Source: Eledone cirrhosa
Lineage: Eukaryota
DNA length: 64,000 bases
NCBI GenBank assembly: GCA_964016885.1
Contig: OZ024742.1
Span: 67,394,001-67,458,000, forward strand
Direction of reading: 5' to 3'
The notes under the pieces were generated by a model. That model was not told the DNA's origin and did no database searches. It saw only the letters and a list, made by a program, of their open reading frames with translations. The translations under genes and the position numbers were made by a program. This document shows, in pieces, positions 27,370-40,628 of the stretch (position 1 is the first letter of the stretch; every line of letters starts with the position of its first letter).

Positions 27370-28060
27370 TGTTTGGTTACATACAGACTAGCTGGACACT
27401 CACTGTAAAGTGTCTAGTGAAAAACTCAGTACATGTACATGTGTATACATGTGTGTATTTATATGCATACTAGTACTTCCGTATACATATGTAGATGTAC
27501 ACTTTAACTTAATTGTTTAAGCGTCAGTCATACAAAAGTGAGTTAGAAGCGAAACGAAATTTAATTTCGTTTCGTTATTTGTTTTTATCGTTTCCGCTGA
27601 ACCGGTGCGTACAATGACTCATGTTCTATGCAAATTAGTCTGCCCACTACTAATTTTCATAGAAAAAGCATATAACGATATGTGCTTTTACAATTCTCTA
27701 GAGAAGCCGGAAGATGGGTATATATTGCTGATGAGATGTAATAACATCGAAACTAGTCCAATATTCCTGTCTGGCTCTCTGGAGATTAGAGGAAGTGTGT
27801 TTCCTTGAAAACTCGTATGACTTTAAAACCCGGTTCATCTGTTTGGTTACATACAGACTAGCTGGACACTCACTGTAAAGTGTCTAGTGAAAAACTCAGT
27901 ACATGTACATATGTATACATGTGTGTATTTATATGCATACTAGTACTTCCGTATACATATGTAGATGTACACTTTAACTTAATTGTTTAAGCGTCAGTCA
28001 TACAAAAATGAGTTAGAAGCGAAACGAAATTTAATTTCGTTTCGTTATTTGTTTTTATAT
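27370..28060 (+). repeat. ~1.5-mer tandem unit with a central HHR, between (TA)n tracts
   Basis: 27371-27587 is repeated at 27841-28057 (period 470 bp). Confidence 0.9.
27722..27764 (+). ncRNA. Type I minimal hammerhead ribozyme (canonical core)
   Basis: AUAUUG-CUGAUGA-GAUGU(aaua)ACAUC-GAAA-CUAG-UC-CAAUAU: perfect stems I and II, palindromic stem III, GUC site. Confidence 0.92.
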
Positions 28061-28332
28061 ATATATATATATATATATATTTAAAGGTTAAACAACTTTA
28101 AATGAATAAATCAAAGAATAATTTAAAATATTTGAATCTCTAACAGTTATGTAAATTGCTTATATGTATTTTTAAGCTTTCTCACACGCACCCTTTGTAT
28201 TATATGTATTATATGTAAGTTTATTCATGTCTCAATCTTAAAGTATATAAATATTGAGTTTTGTCATATCTTACTCACTATCATGACTAGATCTTAACCA
28301 TCTACTATGTTAGGGTATGTCATGCATCATCT

Positions 28333-28399
28333 TATTTTATCTGATGAGAACGTACTGTTGAAGTTAGCTCAGTACGTCTGAAATATGTATAATAAAATA
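28333..28399 (+). ncRNA. Type I hammerhead ribozyme
   Basis: UAUUUUAU-CUGAUGA-GAACGUACUG..CAGUACGUCU-GAAA-UAUGUA-UA-AUAAAAUA. Confidence 0.82.
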
Positions 28400-28450
28400 T
28401 ACTTGATCAGAAGAAGTTCTATTTTTGTTAATATTTTTAATTAATATGTG

Positions 28451-28519
<69 letters not shown>

Positions 28520-28526
<7 letters not shown>

Positions 28527-29445
28527 AATGAGAAATGGCGTGCCCCGTTGTGGCGAATATGAACATATGAATAAAAATAGACCGAGAAACAAGAATGTCC
28601 TTCATCAGTAGCCTGCTGATAATCGTTGGTATTTCTTCGCATTAAAGACTAGATACCCAAAATCAGTGAGAGCGATAACTAAATTAAGTTATCGGGACAG
28701 AGGAAAACAGAGGAAAGGAAACAAACAATATGGTAGTAATGCAACGTAAAGCGAGGAGAAGAGAGACACGTCAATGAATTTTGTGGGCTTCAGTCCGACA
28801 AATCAAATGACGAGAAGAAACAGACGCGGCCGAGCCACGAGAAAAGTGAGAGAGGAAAGAAATTCACGTGGGTCAGACGGAAGGAAGTGAAAGAGGAGGA
28901 GTAGCAGAGAGTGAGTGAGTGAAAGTGTGAGGAAAGGGCCAGCCGAGTGTCAGTGACCAGCAGCGGGAGTGGAGGGAAGCAAGAGGTGAAGGAGAGAGAA
29001 GGGGGAGAGAGAAAAAGGATAGCAGTAAGGTGACTGAAAAAATAGGAACCACAGCGAAGGGAAAAAATATATGTGAATGAAAAATGGCGTGCTCGTTGTT
29101 GCGAATATGAACATATGAATAAAAATAGACCGAGAAACAGGAATGTCCTTCATCAATAGCCTGCTGATTATCTTTGGTATTTCTTCGCATTAAAGACTAG
29201 ATACCTATTTCTTCTCGTCATTTGATCCATTGACTTGTCTCCCTTTTCCTCTCTTTACATTGCATTACTACCATGTTGTTTGTTTACTTTTCCTCTGTTT
29301 TCCTCTGTCCCGATAACTTAATTTAGTTATCGTTCGCACTGATTTTGGGTATCTAATCTTTATTGCGAAGACATACCAACGATAATCAGCGTGGCTACTG
29401 AAGAAGGACATTCTTGTATCTCGGTCTATTTTTATTCATATATAT
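28520..29445. repeat. Direct plus inverted pLTR cassette (distant relative of 6270-6890)
   Basis: 28525-28656 repeats at 29072-29205; ~28570-28820 inverts to ~29208-29440. Confidence 0.85.
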
Positions 29446-29487
29446 ATATACATATACACAAACACAAATATATATATATATAAACAA

Positions 29488-29554
<67 letters not shown>

Positions 29555-29662
29555 TATACATGTGTATATTTATATATGTATATGTATATTTATGCGTGTA
29601 TATATATATAAATATATATTTATTTGTTTATATATATATTTGTGTTTGTGTGTGTGTATGTA

Positions 29663-29759
29663 TGAGTTCAAATCCCTTACGGGGTCGATAAAATATATTA
29701 CCAGTAATGCACTGGGTGTGTCAGTAATGCTGGCCTGTGCCAAAAGTAGAAACAATTAT
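29663..29759 (+). mobile_element. Truncated, internally deleted tRNA-SINE
   Basis: B box GAGTTCAAATCC joined directly to CTTACGGGGTCGATAAAAT and the tail. Confidence 0.8.
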
Positions 29760-29882
29760 ATATATATAGAGAGAGAGATTTATGTAAATATGTGTGTATA
29801 TTTTCATTTATAATACATGTGAATCAATTGTTACATCATCTGCCTTCAAAATCAATCGATGCATTCCCCTCTGACTGTCTCT

Positions 29883-29934
<52 letters not shown>

Positions 29935-30326
29935 ATTACGTACAAATAGCATTTGTACACTATTAAAATACTCACAGCAGATATCCTGACAAATGATTTC
30001 TCAACCCCCCCCACACACACACACACACCCCACACCCCCACCCCACACCACACACGTAAACATTTTCTAGCAATAGTTGAAAAGCAGAAAATTATATGTT
30101 AAAAATTTACGAATTTTTGCAATCTAACTACAGACGCACGCACACAAAATGTTACAGCTACACCCATCTACATAAACATACAAAGAAACACAATCACACG
30201 CTTATGTATATTTATGTATAGTCACCTATATATAAGAATACTGCATACGCTCTAATAATCATTGCTGTAATAGGCACACACAGAATCACACAGCAACTCA
30301 AAAACCCATACTAATTTACATATGTA

Positions 30327-30375
<49 letters not shown>

Positions 30376-30595
30376 CGTTTCTGAATTTGTTTAGCAAGAT
30401 TCTTTATCTGAAATCGTGTGTTGAAACCGATATTGTTATACTTTGGGAGGGTCATGTTGCCAATAAGAAACACACGCACCAGTTCCTTTCACTTCAATTT
30501 ATTATATATTTATAAATTTATAAATTTACAAATTTACAAACCTATAAATTTCTGGTTGGTTGGTTGGTTCCACAACCAGATAGTTGTTTATATAT

Positions 30596-30640
30596 AGTCA
30601 TAGTCCTTTCGTCACACACTCTGTGACCTCTTCAGTGACT
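30596..30640 (-). ncRNA. Hammerhead ribozyme in the Naiad-like pLTR
   Basis: AGUCA-CUGAAGA-G-GUCACA gagug UGUGAC-GAAA-GGAC-UA-UGACU. Confidence 0.85.
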
Positions 30641-31776
30641 GGGGATTCCTTCCTTTGTTTCTGTGCCTTTCCTTTCTTCTATCCTACGCCATTTTGTTTC
30701 TGTGTGTGTGTTGTGTGCTCAGTTTGCGCATGCGCCACATCCGGGTGTCTGTGTGTGTTTGTGTTCATTTATCTATTTGTTTATTTATTTATTTATTTAT
30801 TGTTGGTTGGTTGTTTGTTCTATGTGTGTGTGTGTTTTCATTTTGTCCTGTGTGTGTTTTCATTTTGTCCTTAATTGTAAGTTGTGATGTTGCTGTTCCA
30901 CTCATATTTTCTATTTAATTTTGGTTGTAATTTTTTTATGCTTACTGCCTCTGTAATTTGCCTCAACATTGCATCTTTTCTGTGTCTGGATTCTATTTTT
31001 ATTTCTATGTTCTCTAATCTACCCCTGTGTTCTATCTTAGCATTTTGGTAGAGCACAGAAGATTCTTTATTATCTTGGAGGTCTCGCCAGTGTTCATTTA
31101 TTCGTTCCCCTATACTACGAGCTGTCTCACCTATGTACACTATATTTTTGTTTCTACATTGTCCTTCAGTACATCTGATGCTATACACTACGTTTCTAGT
31201 TTTACAGTTAATATGGGGGCTTATTTTACAGGTTATACATTTCTTATCTATAAATGAGGGTCTTTGGAACGGGTATGTCTTGCTAATAAGTGTTTTTACG
31301 GAGGTACCTGGTCTTTCTACTATCTTAATATTGAGTTTATGTTTATTTAGGGCCCTTCTAAATGTGTAGGCTAGTTCGCCTCTAGGGGTTGTATTGATGA
31401 ACATTACACTCTGGTATTTATTGCTATCATACCATGAGTTTATTCTATTGGCCTTGTTCCTAGTTCTTTCTATTCTATTCCAAAATTTGCTCCTATACAA
31501 GGGGCAGGTCCCATTTATGTCATTATTTACCATTTTTTCCCATTTGGTTCTGGCTCCTTTATACACTCTGATTCTATCTCTCTGATTGTAGCCAGAGAAC
31601 TGCATACGGTGGATGAAGTGTTGTATGTGTCTCTCTAGTTCTTCGGGGTTGCACATGCGGGACACATTTCTCATCACCCGTACCAACGCGCAAACTGAGC
31701 ACACAACACACACACAGAAACAAAATGGCGTAGGATAGAAGAAAGGAAAGGCACAGAAACAAAGAAAGGAATCCCC

Positions 31777-31821
31777 AGTCACTGAAGAGGTCACAGAGTG
31801 TGTGACGAAAGGACTATGACT
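31777..31821 (+). ncRNA. Hammerhead ribozyme, inverted copy of 30596
   Basis: Same motif on the plus strand. Confidence 0.85.
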
Positions 31822-32263
31822 ATATATAAACAACTGTCTGGTTGTGGAACCAACCAACCAACCAGAAATTTATAGGTTTGTAAATTTGTAAATTTATAAA
31901 TTTATAAATATATAATAAATTGAAGTGAAAGCAACTGGTGCGTGTGTTTCTTATTGGCAACATGACCCTCCCAAAGTATAACAATATATATATATATATA
32001 TATATATACAGTATATACATATTTATATACAGTATATATAGAGAAGAAAACAGAAAAAGGGTATGTTTTCAATTACGAGTGGTCGCGAAGCACATGAGTA
32101 AAGAACATAAAGTCTACGAAAAGTTTAGAAAATACATAATTAAAAAGGTAAATGAAAACATCCTCTTTTTCTGTTTTATTCTCTATATTATGAAGAGCCT
32201 GGTAAGTTGAGGTCATTAAATTACAAGGGACTACGTGAGACTTTAACTCCCTATTTTCATTTG

Positions 32264-32412
<149 letters not shown>

Positions 32413-32902
32413 ATACGTAAATGCGTTTAATTGCTATGACAATCTATAATTAAACTTTGTAATGTTTCCAAGCCAAAAAACTTCATCACATAACTCTATT
32501 TTCTCTTTTAACATCTAATAGTTGCCTGGGCTCATTTCATTGACTCGAGCTGCCAAATATCCCCAACTATTAAGAATAAAACTTTCCCAAATTGTTTTAA
32601 TTCACTGTGTTTCAAACAAATTATGGAATCACTTCTGCTTTATGCAGTTTATACATACTAAATGAGTTCACTACAAGCTATCGAGGTAAAAAGTATATGT
32701 GTAGTACCTCTCATAATCTTAAAGAGTCATGTGGGGGAAAAAGTTAAATTTTGGAAACAAGATTTTGTCTGCCTGTTATCTGTCATCCTTAATGTAGCCA
32801 CAATCCCATATTGTGTCTGCTTAGTTTGTGTGTTTGTGGTTATTATTATAGGTATATATATCCATCATCATCATTTTACGTCCGATCTTCTCTGTCTCCA
32901 AG

Positions 32903-32986
<84 letters not shown>

Positions 32987-33104
32987 TATGTGTTTGCGTG
33001 TGAGTGTGTGTGTGTGGGGGTGTGAGTGTGTACGGTGGGGTTGTTCATCTGTTTATTAATTTTTTAAAACTATATATCCATATATGTAAGCATGTATGTA
33101 TGTC

Positions 33105-33635
33105 GGGGCACTCTTGAGTGCTACTGGAAACATGTAACCCAGTACAACATGTAGCATAGTCAAGTCGTCGGCGACTAATCCAGCAACCCCACTAAGTTTA
33201 CTTAGTGAGGAGGCTGATTTTGGACACCCTCCAGGACAAAAACAAAACCTGACAAAGGGCGGAAGAACTCATAAGAGTCAACGGCCATCGGAAAGTGTGT
33301 AAATATGTATATACACATGTACCGCGCGGTTAACCCACTGGGAGTGAAGGACCCCTAGCCTTTGTCAGGGCATTCTTCTAGGAGAAGGCAACCCAGGAAA
33401 CTGGGATAACTCCGATATGAAACCTGCGGCTCAGTAGTTACCGATGATGTTGATCGTTTCTTCTTTTCAGGTTATAGCTACTGTCGCTCAGAGAGTGGGA
33501 TTGGCTCAGTGCACAGATTTTCCTCACTTTAAAAAATATCTTCATGCACAGACATTGCATGATAGAATTAATTAATAATTATTAATAATGGTTTATCGTG
33601 CAATGGCCATACTCGATAACGAGGGGACAGCCATC
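33105..33635 (+). mobile_element. GC-richer non-coding interspersed repeat, resembling a non-LTR (RTE-like) 5' UTR
   Basis: Sharp composition change between ATGT microsatellites; no ORF; the resemblance is from recall only. Confidence 0.3.
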
Positions 33636-34224
33636 ATATATGTATGTATGGATGGATGGATGAATGCATGTATGTATATAAGTGTGTGTGTGTATCTGTT
33701 AGCTTTGCAAGGGTCGAAGCGTTACAGAAAAACCGTTGCCTATCTGTAATCATAACAACACGTTACCCTGTCTATTTTAAGTGGTTACATGTCATTGTAT
33801 TATAAGGTACTTCGTTTAAAAAAAGGCCTTATTAAGAACATTATATAGTACATTTGTGAAAAGATAACTTGCTCCATCTGCTAAAATTGAAAACATAAAG
33901 AAACAACATTTTAAAAATCTGATATAAATATCGTACACAAGATAAGATTCTTCGCAGAATGGATTACACAAAGATACTTGTCGAAGAATCTTGTCGTTAA
34001 GAGCAATTTAAACCTCGTAAATAATTTGTTGATGCCAGTCTTTTGAAACAATTTAAGATAGTGCCGGTGTGTGTGTTTGGGGTTGGGCGGGTATTATCTA
34101 AATGTCAAGATTTCGATGATTAGAAGTGTTGATTAATAATAACTAGACTTCGAATATCCCCATACATATATAGAAATGGGTAAACAGTTTTCCGCTGATT
34201 ATATATATATATATATAAGGGATA

Positions 34225-36175
34225 CGAAGATTTGATAGGCGTCGAAAATGGGGGCAAGTGCGCCTGTGTCGTAAACCATTGTCTCGCTGACGGCAGTCAT
34301 ATCCATATCTAGTGGCCTAAGGTCGTTCACCAAGCGACCTTACTTCCTGCACGAACCCAGGCCACGAACATTTACGCAAACTATTCTTACGATATCCATG
34401 GTCAAGAGAGTGTAGTTTTACTTACTGGGCACTCGTGGGGAACAGGTGGTTACATCTTCTTGTATGGTGGATTTTCTTTTCGGGAACTCTTTAAAGGCCT
34501 TATCCTTGTTTTTACATTATCTCTCCTTTTCGATGTCCTCTTACGCACGAAGTTTTCTTTGTTTTGTTTTTCTGTTTTTTTCTTGTTTTCGTTTGGCTGG
34601 TTCGTAGTGGGGATGTTGATGTTGGTGTTGTAGTAAATAATTGTTTCTACTTTTATGGCACAAGGTCAGTACATTACTGGTACTTTATTTTATCGACCCC
34701 GTAAGTATTAAAGACAAAATGAACCTCGGCGGGATTTGAACTCAGACCGTAAAGGGACGTAACTATGCTGGAAAGAATGGCATCCGACTCTCTACCGATA
34801 CTGCCAATCGACCAATAGTAAATCATGTCTGTGTTGTTGAGTCTGAGGAGCCTGCGTTTGCTGTTGTGTGTGTGTATGAAGTGTGAAGTTATTTTCGTTC
34901 TTTTTGTGTTTGTATTTATTTTTTTTTTGCTCTTTGTGCAAATCCCTCGTCTTCACTACAAGAAGATGAGGTCTCTGTGCCTCTTCCGGAAGGCTGGGTA
35001 ATTATGCTTTGTTGTGGGTGACTATGCGTGCGTTTATTGTTTGGGGAGGGGAAGAAAGAGAGCTTTCCTTATTTTCCCCTTGGGCTGAGTCTGTCTTATT
35101 CGATGGTGGTGGTGGCTTAGCTGCTATTTCTGTTGCGAATGCTACTGTTATTTCAACTGTTGCTGCTGAGGTTTTATGTCACCGCATTGTTGGTGTTAGC
35201 AACGGAGTTTTGCCGCCCCTTGAATTATTCAGCTGATTGAAGGAAGCTCGCAGATATGTCGCTCGCCACAGACGAAGCAGTGTAGCGTTCTGCACTCAGT
35301 GACCACTTGTATTACCGAGCCGTCGTGAAGGCGAACATAGCCCGGGATCTTATTATGATCGTCCGGTTTGATTTGCAGACAAATATCCAAATTCATCCCC
35401 GACTAGTCTTCTTTTTGCGTCTTTTCTTACGTTATTGAAGGTACCATTGGTAACCTCCCAGGAGTTACCATAAATTCAGTCCTTGCGATATCCTGGGAAT
35501 GGTGACCTACATTGTTCTTCTACACATGTGGCACGGGTACTAACTGTGTTATGTCAGGGGCCTCGATTTTGAACAGCACCGAGATAGTGCCGACCTGTCT
35601 GGCCTATGCTATGTAGTTCTATGATGCATTTCAATGCAATCTCCAATTGAGATTGGGGAGGGAGGGGCAGTTCTACATTATGGGTTTGCATTGAAGTGCA
35701 TCTATCGGGGAAGTTAGTTTGGCCCAGGTTCTTTCTTACTTCGTTTGCTCTGTTGTTGTTGTTGTTGTTGTTTTGTTGTTACTGGTGCTGATTGTTTCGA
35801 TCGGCTTGTCACCGTCCTTCTTCTTCTCATAGCTGTTGCTGTTGTTGTTATTGGTGTTAGTGGCGTTGTTGTCATTGTTTCATTTGTTGTTGTGTTGTTG
35901 TTATTGTTATTCTCACTGTTTTAATCTCCGTTCATGCTGTTACTGTTGTTGTCGTTGTTAATATTTTTCTTGCAGCTGTTCTTGGTGTTGTCATTATTGC
36001 AGTTGTTACTCTCGTTTGTTTTGATGTTATATTTGATGCTGCTGCTGTGGTTGTTTGTGGCGCTACTGCCTAAAGTGGTGATACTGTTCATAATGGTGTT
36101 AGTGGGAGAGGTGTCACTTCGCTCAGCGTGTGAGACACTATGTAATGACAGCTGTCTTGACACGAGGATGCTTAT
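34225..36175 (-). mobile_element. Degenerate 5' half of an L1/Tx1-type LINE (ORF1 with zinc knuckle plus start of APE endonuclease)
   Basis: Minus strand from ~34399 reads MDIVRIVCVNVRGLGSCRK*GRLVNDLRPLDMDMTAVSET (APE N-terminus). ~35250-35315 reads VIQVVTECRTLHCFVCGERH (ORF1 knuckle). AAC-rich ORF1 linkers; interrupted by a SINE; truncated at a TA tract. Confidence 0.75.
34636..34808 (-). mobile_element. tRNA-SINE nested in the L1/Tx1 remnant
   Basis: Family match; TAGTAAAT on both sides. Confidence 0.87.
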
Positions 36176-36383
36176 TCAGAAAAAATATTTGCAAAAACAA
36201 ATAAAAGTTAGAATACTTGGGCCCAAGGCCCAGATATTATGGGGTCACCTTTTCACAGGGCAAAGGTGGGTCTCTTATGACCCCTTTGCAACAAAAAAGT
36301 ATAACATGATACAAAATACAAAAATAAACAACTTAATTCAACAAACTTATCGCAGCTATTTAGTCACCAATAAATAATGATAA

Positions 36384-36577
36384 TAATAATTGCTTCTACT
36401 TTTGGGACAAGGACAGCAATTAACCAGTGCATTGCTGGTACTTTGTTTTATCGACCCCGTAAGGATGAAAGGCAAAGTTAGCCTCGGCGGGATTTGAACT
36501 CAGAATGGCAAGGGCCGTAACTCTATGCGTCAACGCATGGCGTCCGACCCTCTACCGATACTGCCAATCCACTGCCT
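36384..36577 (-). mobile_element. tRNA-SINE copy
   Basis: Family match along its length. Confidence 0.9.
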
Positions 36578-37415
36578 TTATAATGATAATAATGATAAAA
36601 ATAATAAGTGTTTCTACTTTTGGTACAAGGCCAGCAGTCACCTAGTGTATTACTGGTACTTTATTTTAGTAATACACTGGGTAATTGCTGGCCTTGTAAA
36701 ATTGTATGTATTATATATACATGTATACTTTAAATAATATATACATTTTATACATTGTAAAGCGAGAATAACAACAATTGATAAAACTACTGTAAAAAAC
36801 AAATAGACGGACAGCGACACATATGTTCTGTCCACTCAGTTCATAAAATATAAAACAATATTCACAATGTCATAAACAGCATATATTGCATATTACTCCG
36901 CTATCGCCATTTGCAATTCGGTATATCCCTTCTTTCTTAATTATGTTGAATATTTTATAATGGTTTGAGGATGAAGGAACACATGAATAAAAGAAAAACA
37001 GCATTGAGTGAAGACACAGAAAAGAAACAACAATAGGAAGGTAAATGTGAATTACAGACATAAATAAAGGAGTTAAAGAGAGAGGAAAAATTTGACTTAC
37101 TGAATAAAGAACAGAAAACCTAAAATTAGAATTCTAGTTATGGAGAATCAATAACTCCATATGCATTTTTGTGAAGGCTATTCTCAGAAAATCTTTTGCT
37201 TGAATGAGCTAAAACATACTTTATAACATCACGTGGAACCTTAAGTCAATGGAAAAGCTTCACTGATAAAAACAAATAGATGAAGAAAAAACGTAGAACA
37301 AATGTAGGTTTTCTTTATATTTTTCTCCACTTCGTATTTGTTTCATGTACAAGTATATGCACATACACACACACACACATACACACACATATTTACACAC
37401 ACACGCACACACACG

Positions 37416-37499
<84 letters not shown>

Positions 37500-37504
<5 letters not shown>

Positions 37505-38528
37505 GGTTGGACAGAAAGTTCCCGTCACTTTTCAAAGTAAGGTTGCGGATGCGCACATATAGTTTAAGACGTAAGCTTGGTATGCACTGTGTGTGTTTCT
37601 CAATGTCTCTTATGCCGTCAAATGAGAAGCAGCATTGACCTAACCAGATCATTTATTCCTTCAAATATGGCTTAAACGTAGCAGCATCAAGTCGACGCAA
37701 TAACAATTCATTTGGGTTATACACCGTTTCTGACACAATGTCAGGACTTCGTTCACGCACTTCTGTTCCGGTGAGTACAGCCTCGAAGATCGACCCCACG
37801 CAGTAATTCCATCCGATGTCAATGACGAACAGCTCCGTGAACTGTTGAAAGCTGATCCACGCCAGACATAACATCAAATCTCCGAAGTGCTTCTATCATC
37901 GAAAACAACCAATTTCAATATGGAAGGTTTCCAAGCCCTACCAATGAGTGTCCCACAATCGGACTGACTGTAATCATGAATATCGGGTGGCAGCTGTGAC
38001 ATATTTGCCCTCTTACCATCGCACAACCATTATCACTGATTATGAAAAATAGTGTCTCTACATTAATCTCAATCGCAAGCGACCGTGAGTTGATCAAGAG
38101 TGTGCGCCACCACGGCACCAAAATTGGCCTCCAAACTCGCAAGGCCCGGCTGAAAGTATAGTTGAACTGGAAAGGTGTTATCTACTGCTAGCTGCTCCAC
38201 CGAACACCAGCATATCCGCTGTGATCTGTTGTCAACCATTTGACAGATTTACAGCGAAAATCACTCAGGTGTGTCCACACCATGGTCCTGTTTGATAGTT
38301 TCATGATTTCGCACGGCTTCATACATCAGGGATTACCTGTGAGACCGTATTTGCACGCCGTCACGTCTTATATCTTTTTCTCTCAATGGACAATGCAATG
38401 AATGCAGTCAAAGACCTTTGCCAATGGCGACTTGTTATATCAGTGCTTGTGGGAATTATTTGCCCTGAAGCCAGAATAATTCTAAATGATGGCTAAAAGA
38501 AATTCGGTGATTTTCGTTTACTATATAT
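37500..38528 (+). mobile_element. Degenerate mariner DNA transposon
   Basis: Starts TA-TTCGGTTGGACAGAAAGTTCC (mariner-like TIR) in a TA tract. Decayed transposase remnants (WKGVIY..LL at ~38168; HDNARPH-like at ~38302). Right TIR poorly preserved. Confidence 0.6.
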
Positions 38529-38749
38529 ACAGGGGGGGGGGGGGGCTGTTGTTTATCTGCGTCTGTTTGTTTGCTTGTGTGTGTCTGTTTGTGTGTGCGT
38601 CCGTATAGGGTAAAAAGGATAAATATCCCATAAGTCCTTGTGGAGTGGTAGAGGCACCGTCATACGGTATGACTAGTGCACTTTTAAACATGATGTAGCC
38701 CAACCTCCTGAATGTCTGAACACAGCCGACGTGTTCTATAGAGGAAGAT

Positions 38750-38908
38750 TCGACCCCAGTACAGGACTGGTAATTTCTTTATCGACCTCGAAAGGATGAA
38801 AGGCAAAGTTGACCTCAATGTGATTCGAACTCAGAGCGCGCAATGAGGTGGGACGTATATTGTAAAGTATTCTATCCGACGTCTTAACGACTCTCACAAT
38901 TCGCCGCT
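38750..38908 (-). mobile_element. Older related tRNA-SINE sharing the central domain
   Basis: CGACCCCAGTACAGGACTGG...TTATCGACCTCGAAAGGATGAAAGGCAAAGTTGACCTC...TTCGAACTCAG...AATTCGCCGC. Confidence 0.75.
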
Positions 38909-39435
38909 TATGTGTGCGTATGCGCTTATCTAAATATCTATTTTATTTGGTTTAGGATGCACGATATATATAACTTTGCGTATGTGGATTGTTGTAGTAT
39001 TTTTTTATCCTATGACTAATGACCACTTATGTAGGTGATGTGACGTGGCTAATGTTGTTGCTTTTAACTAATATTTGTACTGTTCATCATCATGGTGTTG
39101 GAATTTTACGAGTCTATTTTTGTTAATTTCAGAAGTGATTTTGGTTTCGCTCTTCCGACTTTTTGCGTGTTTAATAGTGGATGGGCAGGCAAACGTATTA
39201 TAAATGTTATTAATTGGTATTGTATTGTTTTTGTTTATTATTTTATCTTACGGTGAGCAGATCTAATATCATATTTATGTTCAGTCAACGAGAATTGAAT
39301 AACACATTATAAAATATAATCTTAGCCCTAATCATTTTGATGATGATCAGATGTCATTTATGAGCAAACGACTCTCACTTCTCACAACTTGAACGACGAT
39401 CATACAAACTGTTTTCTCCATGGTTTTGGCGTATG

Positions 39436-40628
39436 TATAGAGTGTGCGTCACGTTTGAGGACACTTCTTTCTTGACCTCTAATTGTCTTATTACTAATTT
39501 CATTTTATTTTTAAATATTGCCAGAAACTAAATTGACTCAGCAAATGAAAAGGCACAGCTTAGTGATAGAGTGATGGCTTTCTCCTTGAAAGTTGCCCGA
39601 TCCTTCATGACCAAAGTTATCTGGACGTTGCTAACGGGGATCCAACATCAGCAGCCAAGTGCAGAATGCATGCACAATACAATCAGATTGCCTACCTTTG
39701 TAACAAGTGTTCAAAAGTTAATCGATAAAGCCTCATAAATCTAAATCACGGCTATCGTGAAGGACCTGGAGTTTTCAGAATACACTATCTAAAGAGATGT
39801 CCATCAAAACATCCGATACAAGTCGTATGTGATACGGAGAAGTCAGTTATGTCCGATGTGAAAAAAAGAAGAACGTTTGTTTCGTGGAAAGCGCTTACTG
39901 AATAAGACAAAACACCAAGAAGCTGGAATGCTTTGGGTCTTTTCTGATGTGAAAAACATTTATCAGGGTTAAAATATAAACCGAAGGAACTATAGATGTC
40001 CTTCTATTGACACAAGTGAGCTTCCGAAGGTCATGCACAGCAAATTTCAGAGACTATGATGCATCTTGGTGTCGTCAATAACGAGGTAGATATGCCTTCT
40101 TATTTTGTTTTTCTCAGGGCTTAAGAACCAACGCGGCTCTCTACAAAGGGGTGTTAAAGACAGTGAATCCTTGGATAGCCAGGTTAAACCAATCGTCTTC
40201 CAACAGGACTCCGTGCCCTCTCATAAGGCCAGAACGACACAAGCATTGACGGGTGACAATCTACATAACCACGTACTTCCAGACACATGGCCTCTTAGCT
40301 CAGTAGACCTCAATCCCCTGGACTATTATGTATGTGGCGTAGTTGAGAAAGAGGTAAATCATGTCTCTTACAACACTTTAAAATCTCTCAATTCAGCCAG
40401 TACTAGTACAATGTCCAGTATTGATAGGGTTCATCTACAATGCTAACGCTTTAGAACCCATATTGAAGCAGTCATTGAGGCTAAAGAAGGATTCAATGAA
40501 TGGATATCATAAATGTATTGTAAATATTATTTGTACCGATGTGTAACTAAATATTGCATTTCTTTGATGTGCTATGTGTCTCTTTCTAAATTCATATAAA
40601 TATTCTAAACCAACTGCCACACCCTGTA
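39436..40628 (+). mobile_element. Degenerate Tc1/mariner-superfamily DD37D (maT-type) transposon
   Basis: WVFSD at ~39934; ORF 40105-40446 has FQQD(x37)D spacing ending DLNPLDY. Termini TA-TAGAGTGTG and CACACCCTG-TA. Confidence 0.8.

Larger units (their letters stand above)
30385..31990 (-). mobile_element. 5'-truncated Naiad-like PLE (thumb + GIY-YIG) with inverted pLTR
   Basis: 30871-31690 encodes LVRVMRNVS..MQFSGY..CITC..NVVYSIRC..YIGETARS..RQITEAV..LNRKYEW, clearly homologous to 58140-58920. ~30430-30730 and ~31687-31985 are reverse complements; both ends lie in (TA)n. Confidence 0.9.
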
